Assembly (NCBI GenBank): GCA_964016885.1
Contig: OZ024740.1
Span: 87,482,001 to 87,546,000, forward strand
DNA length: 64,000 nucleotides
Source: Eledone cirrhosa
Taxonomy: Eukaryota
Direction: 5' to 3'
A program made the translations under genes and the position numbers. Below the pieces are notes generated by a model. It was not told the DNA's origin. It did not search any database and was given only the letters and a program-made list of their open reading frames with translations. Shown piece by piece: positions 53,239 to 64,000 of the stretch (the stretch's first letter is position 1; each line of letters begins with the position of its first letter).

Positions 53239-54324
53239 GTGCATAAAAGATGTAGGGGATCACAGGTAAGCTAACTAAGAACATAGATTTTATATGTGGC
53301 TGGTGCTCAGGTGCAATAAGTAGCAAGTGCCCACAGGAAACTAGCTCCTTCCATTGCCCAGATGGTTCTATTGAAATAGTGGACACCTTCCGTTACCTGG
53401 GTGACAAAATCAGCAGTGGTGGAGGGTGCTCAGAAAGTACAGTAGCCAAGGTCAGAACGGGATGGAAAAAATTCAGAGAGCTTATACCACTATTGGCCGC
53501 TAAAGGTTTCTCTCTAAAAATGGAAGGCAGACTGTATGATGCCTGCATACGAACAGCAATGTTACATGGCAGTGAGACATGGACATTTTGTGCAGAGAAT
53601 CCGCACAGACTAGAGAGGAACGAAGCTTGCATGCTCCGTTGGATGTGTAATAGTAATATACGTGAATGGCAAAGCATAAATGAACTAAGTGAGAAATTAG
53701 GAATAAGAGGGATCAGATGTTTACTCGAGAGAAGACTACGTTGGTATGGTCATGTGATTCACATGAAAGACGACAGCTGTGTAAAAAAGTGCAGGGTGAT
53801 CAAAACTGATGGAAGCTACGTAGTAGGCAGACCCAGAAAAACCTGGGACGATTTGATAAATTCCAACCTTACACACTTACACCTCTCCAAGAATGTCACT
53901 GGACCTAGATCTTAATACAGAAGACACGCCTTGCCTAAGTACAAAGCGAAACCTACAGGTCAGTAGGCACCTCATAACCAAAAATACACCCCATCCCACT
54001 ACCCCCATCTACACCACCCCTTTCTCTGTAAAGTTATGTTGGTACCACAACATCTAGTCCTAAATAGATGAGGTCGTTTAGGTGTCACAACAAAAATACA
54101 CACAGTTCACGCTGTAATGTGGCCGTGTAGGTAACATGGTAAAAACCTCCGAGTCCACACTGTAAACGTGGTTGGTGTTAGGAAGGGCATCCAGCCGTAG
54201 AAAACGGCAGTCCTATACGGCAACCAATCTTGTCCTATAAGACAACCAATCTTGCCTCAAGTGGGACAATTCCCGTCTAAACCCATGCTAGCGTGGGAGA
54301 TAGGCGTTTAACGATGATGATGAT
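53236..54324 (+). mobile_element. RTE family A, 5'-truncated within the PHD-like finger
   Basis: Begins WVHKRC directly after (TA)n. ORF 53379..53915 ([20 protein letters not shown]), then 3' UTR and (GAT)n tail. Confidence 0.93.
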
Positions 54325-54328
54325 ATAT

Positions 54329-55229
54329 ATCATCATCACCGTTTTACATCCGTTATTCCACGCTAGCATGGGTTAGACGGGGTCCTGTTGTGGGCAGTGT
54401 CCAGTCGGCTGACCTTGTCTTGCTCATACAGGAACTGATTCTAGCTTGATTTCTACAGCTGGATGCCCTTCCTAACACCAGCCTCATTTACAGTGAGTGC
54501 TGGGTGCTTTTTTCCATGGCACCTCCACAACCACTTTGCAGTGGGAGGGTGTGGGGTCATATTGTCTATATGCTTCAGCTTCAACTTGTACCCGTGGGGG
54601 GGGGGGGCTTCTGTATTACTGTGTGCCGCCAGAGGTCACGGTCGTGTCTCATCGCCTTTGAGGTGTAATTGGGTAAGGTTGGCTTTTAGCACCTCATCCC
54701 AGGTCTTCTTGGGTCTCCCCACTCCGCGGTCTCTATCGACTTCTAGTGCCCTGCACCTTTTTATGCAGCTGTCATCCTTCATACGCATCACATGTCCATA
54801 CCAACGCAACCGCCTCTCCTGCAGTGGCTCTCTGAACTTCTTCCATCCCGTTCTTAACCTAGTTATTGTACTTTCCAAACACCCACCTCCACTGATAATT
54901 CGGTCACCTAGATAGCAGAAGCTGTCTACTGTTTCTACTGAGCCCTCCCAGAGTTTGGTGGTACTTGTTTCCTGTGGCTGTTTGCTGTCCCAGCACAGCT
55001 GCTACATGTGAAGCCTACATTCTTAGTTAAGCTTTTTGAGATCTCGCTACATCTCTTGTGTACCCATTGTTTGCATTTGGGGCAGAGAATGGAGTTCCTA
55101 CCTACACCTTTCCTACATGCTGAGCAAGGCCATTTCCCTGAGGGGATCTGGGTTCTGTTTTCTCGTCTACTTACAAGGACCTTAGTCTTTGTCAGGTTGA
55201 CTTTGAGACCCTTTCTTTCTAGTCCCTGC
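54329..55229 (-). mobile_element. RTE family B, 5'-truncated, with an internal ~235 bp deletion
   Basis: Homologous to 13256-14460. The segment corresponding to about 13804-14038 is missing at about 54822, with GCA microhomology. The 5' end abuts (TA)n. Confidence 0.92.
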
Positions 55230-55317
55230 ATATATATATATATAAGTGAGTGAGTGAGTGAGTGAGTGTGTGTGTGTGTGTATGTGCATATATGTGTGAG
55301 CTTGAACAATGGGAGGT

Positions 55318-55503
55318 TATAATTGTTTCTACTTTAGGCACAAGGCCAGCAATTACCCAGTGCATTACTGGTACTTTATCTTATCGACCCCGTAAGGATG
55401 AAAGGCAAAGTCAACCTTGGCGGAATTTGAACTCAGATCGTAAAGGGACGTAACTATGCTGGAAAGCATGGCGTCCGACCCTCTACTAATACTGCCAATC
55501 CAC
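55318..55503 (-). mobile_element. Full-length Meta-like SINE
   Basis: Family homology, reverse strand. Confidence 0.88.
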
Positions 55504-58184
55504 TGTCAAAACATATGGGCGAACGAGACAAAAACAAGATAGGAACACCAAGTAGATGTCAAAGAGTGCATGTTATTTAATGGCTGTGTAGTGTTGGAAA
55601 AGTCTTGGCTTAACTGCTGTACTTATTCTCTAAGGAGTTTTCTCTTGTCAATATTTGTTTTGTTATTGAGATTGTTGTTTGGTCTTGTACCTCATGAAAC
55701 CACATTAGCTACAGTAGTTTGTATGAACACCTATCTCCTGGTGGACTTGTAGGGGTGCTCTATAGTGACATGTGTCTTGGGTGTTTTGAACCTGGTAAAC
55801 CCATTCTTCCCCAGATCTGAACACAAACAATTTGAGAGGGAGAGAAAGAGAGAAGGAGAAGAATCTAATGTCTATTGCAATAGAAGTGGGACCAAAGATA
55901 CACACACAAGACACAGACACAAGATGCACACATTCACACACACAACAGGCTACTTCACAGTTTCTATCAACTAAATTCAGTCACAAGGTTTGTCAGATAT
56001 GTTGGAAGTTTAGCCTTTTTTGCTGCCCTGTATCTGAGATGATGTCATTATGAGGCCATTGATAATAGAATCATTGTGAACATTATGTAGAAGAAAGGTT
56101 GTACAAATATAATTTGCAGATGGGGGGAGGGGGGATCAGGACCTTGTAGCTCTCTATTTCAGATTCCATGGACTGTAAATAAATTGTTCTCATGTGGCAA
56201 GGATTTGCTCTTCTGAGTATCAGCTTCCTAACTGTAGGTTGGTGTGTGTTGGTGGGGGAATGTTTTCTTTTAATGAGAAGAGCTATGAATTGAATCAAGG
56301 ATTTTACAAATTTTTTAAAGTAGTTGTTATGGTGCTTGATGGAGATATATTGACAGAGTGCAAACAGCATAGCTTAATTACTAGAGATCATTATATTAAT
56401 GGCAAATGAGGAAATGGCATGAATATAAAATAAATGACTCATAGATTGGCCATTTTTAATATGAAAGAGTTTTGATCAAATAGCAAATATGTCTCCAGAA
56501 TGTGATCAATGTAGTGCTACTACTTATATACATATGCATAAATATATATATATACAATCATCATCAGAGTTATATGAATGTTATTTGTATATATACCTAA
56601 AGACAAGTATTGTATAAGCTGTATAATTCATATTGAAATAGATCTTCCCCTAAAGTTAACATTTTTATAATCCTATAAGAATACTATATTTTCAGTTTTT
56701 TTGTTTTTTTTTCATAAATATACAATATCATATTTTTTATTTGTTTTTAAATTTACCAGAGCTATTAAATTGTGATTACTCATGTGTTTACTGCCATCCT
56801 GACGACAATCTTGTACCACTTTTATGACTGGCAGTAGACATGTTGACAAATGATAGAAATTTTCTATTTTTTATTAATAGTCAACAAATTAGCAAGATAG
56901 TTTATCTCCATGATACTGCAGATAAAAATCAGTGTAACAACAAAATATATTTTAGTGAAACTGAATTCTGCAATAGATATGATGCCTGTTGTGACATCTG
57001 TCAGTAAAATTATCTACTTTATCAAAGAGACAAACGACAAAAAACAAAACAAAAACAAAACAAAATAAATAAAAAGACAACTTCATGACAGCAATTTAAA
57101 ACAATTAGAAGCCATAGACAGATACAAGCAATATCTATCTGTTTGGATATCTACATATGTTAAAACATTATATGAATTTATCTCTTAATAGTGTTAATAG
57201 ACATACTGCTTCTGCAACTAAAATGCCAACCCTTCAAGCCAATGAGAGACTTGAGACTTGAGACTTGAGACTGCTAAAAATAGCTGTCAAATTTCCCTCA
57301 AATTATTCACTCTCTCTTTAAAAGAGAAGAAAGCAGATATTGTGTAATGTAGTCCTTCAATAAAATGTACCCAGCCCACTCTGTAAGGTAGTAATGCTTG
57401 TCACATGATAAAACAATGACAATTAACTTCACTCATAATGTTGGAATTAAAGGGAACAACCAAAAAATATATATATGACCAAGAGCAGGGATAATTTCTG
57501 TCATCCAGGTTTTAAAATATTTTAGTAACATTTGAAAAATCTATTTCAGATGTACAAAGTGGTGGGGTGGAAAATAGTCTTGTCCAACACATACAATCAT
57601 AGAAACACTGACGTAAAAACGATGATGATGCCTATGTATGTAAATGGTGTTGTAACATCCATGGCCTAACAGAATAAGTTAATGAAATACAGTAATTTGT
57701 TAGTCAATTACATTCTTCAACCTATAATATTATAGCTGGTTGACTGACAAAGTGTTTATCATCATTGGTGTTTATCATCTTAATGGAGCATCATGTAATG
57801 CTTGTGAGAATGTTTGGCTATTTTCGTGCTCCAGATACCCAAGCTAATGTCATGTTTTGGGTTACCTAAATAATTTTTAGAGGGAAACTTATATTCTTTG
57901 TTTTAGCCTGCATGTTTGTTCTTTCTCTTTTTTGACCCATTTTTATTGGTATTGTCCATTTATTTTGTTTATCGCATGTGTATTCAAATATTATTTAATA
58001 AATACAAATATGACCCTTGCTGGTTTCAATTGTGAATTTTCCAGTTGTTTGGTCAACTGAGTGACCTGCTCATTAAATTAACACCTAACTGACAGTGTTT
58101 CACACACTGACTGAACACACAATCTCATCATTATGAAACAAACTTAACTATTTAGCAAAATGAGATAAGTATATATCCTTGAAA

Positions 58185-58340
58185 AGGTAGTGAATTGGTA
58201 AAGATAGTTGGATAGAATGCTTTGCGTTAGTCGCTCTGGCCCTCTGCTCTCTGAATTCAAATACTGCCGAAGTCAACTTTGCCTTTCATTTTTTCAAGAT
58301 CGATAAAAAAAAAAGTACCATTCCAGCATTGGGGTTGATT
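58185..58340 (+). mobile_element. Older Meta-like SINE (similar decayed copies near 27030, 29120, 36700, 38990, 39160, 43770)
   Basis: GAATTCAAATAC..AAGTCAACTTTGCCTTTCAT..TCGATAAAA..AAGTACCA. Confidence 0.7.
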
Positions 58341-59521
58341 CTTCCTCTATGTCTCTTTCTCACTCTCTCAACTTCTGGAAACCTGCTATATTCAGACCTG
58401 GAGAGAGGAGATGGGCTCTGTCAGGTTTTTAAAATGCCCTAGAAATGCTGTATGTCAATACAGTGCTCCTACGATTCTCTAAGGAGTTATGGGGAAAAAG
58501 AAGTTATATACTTGAAATCATATATGATTATTTCGTTTTAACATTGCAGGCTAGAGTTGCATGAAATTTATAGAGGAAATATAGTTTTATCTAGTTTATC
58601 TATTTTGTCTTCATATCTCACACATCGAATATATTCTAAGATAGTTTTGGTAATCATGAATATTTGATATTTTAAAAGATGCTAGGGCTGGACAACAGCA
58701 GAGAAGTGATAACCATATTTAATTGTCTCACAATCTTAGTGTTTAAATCACAATAAAGTATTTTATTTTCCCTTTCTGCGATTTCCTTTCAGTATTATGT
58801 TGAGATCGATTCAGTCAAATTATACTCATAGAATTCACCTGGTGCCTATAAATGAAATCAATATTTCATATTTTGGACCTGAAATGAACTGACCACAACA
58901 TGGCAGGAAAGAAAATATATCATATGGTGGATGAAAGTTATGAATGGAAAGTTTCTGCTGCTGAATGAAAGGAAGAAGACTAATCAGAGTACATTATCAC
59001 CTCAGTAGAGAAACCCCTAAAAGAGGATATATGGCTGACTGTATTCAATGATTGCTATACCATCTGGTTAATATGAAGCCTAGTTCGAGCAAGAATTCTA
59101 GAGGTAGAATGTGGTGGTGGTGGTGGGGTAATAGTAGTAGGATTTTGTTGGGAAATATACAGAATGCCCCCACAGTTAAAGTGTGACTAGTATGGGAATG
59201 GTTGGGGCTGGCATGTATTGCTTTCTATTCTACCACTCGCCTATAATCTGTATTCTCACTGGACCTTGAAAATATATTTTGCCTTCTCAATTGACTTTTT
59301 AATGCTTTACATAATGATTATACCTTACTTTGAAAATTTGAAAAAAATAAAAGTGAAATTGAACAAGTCAAAGCAGACTCAAGTTTACAGACCAACAAAA
59401 AGATAGAGAATACTTGTGTGGTCCTGTTATCAAGATGGTAAATTTTGGAGTTCAATTTAGGTCAATGTAACTAGTACATTATTCAGTTATGGGGTTTATG
59501 GAATTTAATATGAAGAAGCCT

Positions 59522-59690
59522 CTAAACAGTGACTTGACCTGTTAGAAATAGCAGTAAAATCTCCTTCAAATCAAACTCTACTGTCTTGAAAAAGAAAGGG
59601 CATTGGATAATGTAGTCCTAGATACACTAATGTCTGAATACAGCTTAGGGCAGAATGCCTTTGAATATGAGTCTGCTCAAATATGTGTTA
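59522..59690. repeat. Unclassified old dispersed repeat, core GACCTGYTAGAAATAGCAG..AAATCTCCYTCAAAT (other copies near 8380, 28615, 28855, 40440, 51520, 51715, 57270)
   Basis: The same ~40 bp core is seen on both strands at many positions. Confidence 0.6.
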
Positions 59691-60740
59691 TATGAGTGAA
59701 AAAACAATCAGAACTGTTTTATGTTTTCATGGATGGATGGGTTGTCACATTCTGAGTTAATCTTTGATGGATTGGAAAACTACATCTCACTTATATCTTC
59801 CAATTTTGACATGGTTTCTTTGGCTGGATTTAACTAACAGTTTTCCCCTGTTACACATTTCTATAAATTGTTCAATATCGGCCTGATGGCTAGTTAATGA
59901 TCACATTAAAGGATATTTTCTAAAATCTGAAGAAATGAAGCAGTACAACATTAACTTTGTGGACAATGTGATGATTGATCAGGTAACTGACAAGGTACTA
60001 GAAAAATATTGAAATATAAGTCATATATGATGATGATGATGATATAAGTCATGTGGATAATATTTTAGTTCAGTTGTTCACAAACTAATTCAATGCAGAA
60101 CCCTTATATGATTTTACAAAATCATGGAACCCATATATACAATTTTAATAAGAAATTAAGATTGGTTCAGGGAGAGAACTTATTCTCAAAGAAAAAAAAG
60201 AAAAACTTCTTTTTTTTTTAAATTTCATTAAAGCTTCATATTTTACAGAATCATAAAATCATTTTCATGGAACCCATTTTGGGAAACATTGTTCTGGTTT
60301 GACTCAATAACTACACAGAAAATGCTTCTATACATTTTTTTCTATTTCTATATTTTCTTTTTAAACTAGACAACCGTTTTACTCAATTAGACTAAAGAAT
60401 CTAATTTGCAATCAGAATAACTTCAAATGTAGCATAAAAAAAATCTTTGCTTTAACACTGTCTTACATTTGGTAATTAGTCATCATACAACTGTGGTGTC
60501 TGTCCTTTGTCATATAGAAATGAGCAGAAGATAAAGTCTATGACAATGCATGAACTGAAAGGTCAACCATATTAATAACTGATATGGATATTCTAATGGA
60601 TGTGAAAATTATCAACTTTATAATATATGTAGACAGACATAAATATATATATATATATATATAATGAAGGAAGTGTGGTAAGGAACCAGATGGACCATAA
60701 CACACCAGAGTACTCAATACTTAGGGTAGTAGAGTGGGTA

Positions 60741-60816
60741 ATAGGAAAATGTTTAACCCCGATGGCAGAGCTCGATACGGCTTGAGCTCTGCCGTCGGGG
60801 TTAAACATTTTCCTAT
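60741..60816. other. 35-bp stem / 6-nt loop inverted repeat
   Basis: ATAGGAAAATGTTTAACCCCGATGGCAGAGCTCGA-TACGGC-TTGAGCTCTGCCGTCGGGGTTAAACATTTTCCTAT: 33 Watson-Crick pairs plus 2 G-T pairs on the + strand. Confidence 0.92.
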
Positions 60817-61858
60817 ATATATATATATATATACACACACACGCATACACACATCATCATCATTTTATGCCCTTGTTCCATGCTCGCATGGGTTGAACAT
60901 ATGAACACACACACACGTGTGTGTGTGCGCACATACACACATATGTGTTTGTGTGTATGTGTGTACACACATATATATATGTATATATATATATATATAT
61001 ACATATATGTATTAATATAATTGTAGTCTTTCAAGTGTCATTATAAATGCTGCCAAGAAATACGATAGTAGCAATTAAACTAATGAAAGTATCTAAAATC
61101 TTATCTAATGATGGCGGAGAAAGGTTTGTAAAGATAAATGAAAAGTTAATTTAAGTATGACATGATAAGATTAAGAATATCTAAGAATAATTAGATATAT
61201 TTCCAAAGATAAATTGTTTTGTGCTCAAAGGAAAATTGATAATGCAAAAGTAAAAAAAAAAATGTGTGTGAATATATATATATAAATATATATGTGCGTG
61301 CATGTATATATGTGTGTGTGTATATATATATATAAATATATATGTGTGCATGACTATATATCTATGTATATTTATTTATATATACATATATACATATTTA
61401 TATACAAATAAAATACAAATTATGATGTACATACACACACACACACACACGCACGCACGCACACATATATATATATACTTATACACACACACAGTTGCAT
61501 AAAATTATTCACTAAATTCCCATACAGAAGTAATTAAAAAGGTAAATATATAATTTCATTAAAATATTTTCAGTATAAAATACTAATCTGAGGTTAATAA
61601 AATATTTATTTTATTTTATTTATATGACGTTTCCAAATCCATTTTTCTATATAAGCCTAGACTGGTAGTTTATAAATTCAAATATGTCATTAATGTAATG
61701 ATGCAATTGCTTTGCAGTAGCTTAATCATGTTTACCCTTTCTGTGTAGCCTGAAATTTAATGTTCCAGTCAGTTTGACATATAATCTAGTTTTAGTGGTG
61801 AATTATATCCAAAATTCCCTATTTTAAATGTTTCTTATTTGTTTATTTAATTTAAAGT

Positions 61859-61945
61859 ATGATATGCTCATGTGCAGAGATGCTATAAAATAGCTTATAA
61901 AATAAGATGAAAGCCTCTAAAGATAAAAAAAAAAAGTTGTCATTG
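61859..61945. mobile_element. Half copy of the palindromic MITE at 2828-2990
   Basis: Shares GAGATGCTATAAAATA..TTATAAAATAAG.TGA. Confidence 0.65.
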
Positions 61946-62164
61946 GTTATTACAAGGAATTAAACCCCATATCTCCCAGATATTAAAATCTTCCAGCATC
62001 GTACCATATGAAAACCTTTTGTTATGTTACAAATACCAAAATGAAAGTTTAGAAAATTCCCCCAAATTAATTATTGATTAATTAAAATACATTCCAATAG
62101 AAATATGGTCCTAAAGGAGTTATGAAGTTCATGGAAAGTACATCATGGGTAAGTGATAATAAGT

Positions 62165-62820
62165 AAAGAAAGATGACAGCTTCTGGAGGTTGGTCTTAAT
62201 TACTTCATCCCCTCTCTTCCTAAGTCTACCTCTTCAATGAGACCTATTTATTGAGATATCTTTGCATTTCTTTATATAGTTGTCATCTTCCATACACATC
62301 ACATGTTCATACCATCATAGTCTTTCTTAGGCATCAGATAACTCATATACAGAGTTTATCTCTCAGCTCACCTATGCTCACTGTTCAAGTACACTAAAAT
62401 TACACACATACAAGAGCACATTTTCTTCCAAAGATCGTTTGCAGTGATTGTCCATGTCTCATTGCCATATAGCATTGCAGTTCACATGAAGGCATTTTAT
62501 CCTTCCCTTCGAGCAAGTAGCTATTTTTTTGTCAGCTGAATACCAGCTCCATAAACTTCTTCCAGTCCATTCTCACTCTGGCAATCACACTATCAGAGCA
62601 TCCTCCCCTATTGCTGTTTAGACATTGAAGTAACAAAAGCTGTCAACAACTTCTAGCGAACTTCCTGAGCAAATGAGGGAGTTTATTTCATGTGCTCTTA
62701 ATGGCCTACTTCTATGCATTTGTCTTATACAAAGTTATCTTCTCTAATTCCACTATATCTTTTGTGTGTCTATACACTGCATGTTCCTTATGGAATATCT
62801 GATAGAATTAAAACCTACCA
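62165..62820 (-). mobile_element. Old, heavily decayed RTE LINE of the same lineage as A and B
   Basis: Minus-strand remnants of EVVDSFCY, GGCSDSVIARVRMDWKKFMEL, TAMLYGNETW and WYEHVMCMEDDN. Confidence 0.75.
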
Positions 62821-62835
62821 TTTTACTTTATTGTA

Positions 62836-63104
62836 TTAACCCTTTTGATATGAAACTGCTCCTAGTTCCCTACTACAAAACCGTTTTAAAATGTTTATAT
62901 TGATGCAAAAACTTCCCCTCATAATTTTATGCCTTTATGTAAGCATAAAGGCATAAAATTATGAGGTTCATTAATTTATTTTTCAAGCACCAGATAAATA
63001 GATAGTTATATTGCTAAATCCCTTTGAATTCTTGATTATTTAGAAAATTATTTGAAAATAAGGGTTAGTGTTTTTCATTAGAAATATTGTAACAAAAGGG
63101 TTAA
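62836..63104. mobile_element. piggyBac-like MITE with TTAA target duplication and an internal perfect hairpin
   Basis: TTAA|CCCTTTTGAT ... AACAAAAGGG|TTAA. Confidence 0.8.
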
Positions 63105-63234
63105 AATATACTCCAATTAAAGATAAACATATTTTATTAAATCCCTCCAAATTCTTGACTATTTTCAGAATTAATTGAAACACAGAGTAGTGTAATTCAT
63201 TAGAAATATGGTCATGAAAATGGATTTGACGTAT

Positions 63235-64000
63235 TAAATCCCTCCTCCGTGAAGAATGCACCTCCCAACATAGCCTAGAAGTTAGTACCTCATAGTCAGG
63301 AAGAGACGTACTCGACGACAGAGGAGGCCTACCTTGAGGAGAAGAATATGCAAGCTGAAGGACCCCATAGCCAGTGACAAATTTAAAAGCTTATTATTTG
63401 ATGCCTTGGACAATAAGGAAGAGCAATTAGAGATGTGCGATATAGAGGAACAGTGGCAATTCTTGAAAGGGAACCTGCTGAAAGCAACGATAGAAATCTG
63501 TGGCTGGAGCAGACCTATTGGCAGGAGGAGAGTAACTTGGTGGTGGAACAGTAAGGTAGAAGAGACAATCAAGGCCAAAAAGCAGGCTTGGAAAGTATGG
63601 CAGGATGGGGGAAGTAGAGAGCACTATCAAGTGGCCAGGAGAGAAGCTAGGAGACAAGTGTACTTTGCAAAAAGAGAAGCAGAGGAAAGAAAGTTCAAGC
63701 ATGTTCTACAACGTGAGGTGTTCAGGATTGCTAAACAATGTGTCAAGGAAAACCGTGATATTGTTGGGGAGAAGTGTGCCCGTAATGATAACGGTGTACT
63801 TGCCCTCACTGATACTGATAAGAAGATAGCCTGGAAGTATCACTAAGAGAGACTATTAAATGAAGAGAATAAATGGGAAAAAGTCTGCCCCAAATCGATC
63901 CAATAGAAGGACCAGCAGTGCAAGTTAAAGGTAGTATAATAAGTAAGGCAATCAAAGATATGAAGACAGGCAAGGCAGCTGGGCCTTCGGAGATAGTTTC
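63235..64000 (+). mobile_element. RTE family A, 5'-truncated at the end of the EN domain; continues beyond the window
   Basis: Colinear with 5347-6115 (EECTSQHSL, WWWNSKV, GKAAGPSEIV). In-frame stop at 63844-63846. Confidence 0.92.

Noticed and set aside
55515-55810. GC-richer island that may be a Penelope-like terminal repeat
   Set aside because: Only one copy in the window, with no ORF or recognisable ribozyme core, so it cannot be supported.

Overview
AT-rich, repeat-dominated animal genomic DNA. The mix of RTE LINEs with (GAT)n tails, tRNA-derived SINEs with CORE-like and Meta-like bodies, and very long (TA)n-based arrays resembles an octopus/coleoid genome; this is inference from recalled repeat sequences, not a database match. 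I can support no host protein-coding gene, so the window looks intronic or intergenic. All recognisable coding sequence comes from non-LTR retrotransposons: two sister RTE-clade families (here A and B) plus older RTE/Rex3-like relics. The very long ORFs in the track are artefacts of stop-free (TA)n arrays. The most notable observations: (1) a complete C4HC3 PHD-type finger embedded inside the RT domain of both families; (2) a modular 3' UTR of repeated hairpins with compensatory base changes, shared by both LINE families and a partner SINE; (3) strong association of these insertions with (TA)n microsatellites, including tail-to-tail pairs that form inverted repeats; (4) a ~570 bp foldback built from two SINEs around a tRNA-like spacer; (5) a 35-bp GC-rich hairpin between TA tracts. 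Coordinates were read by eye and element ends may be off by a few bases.
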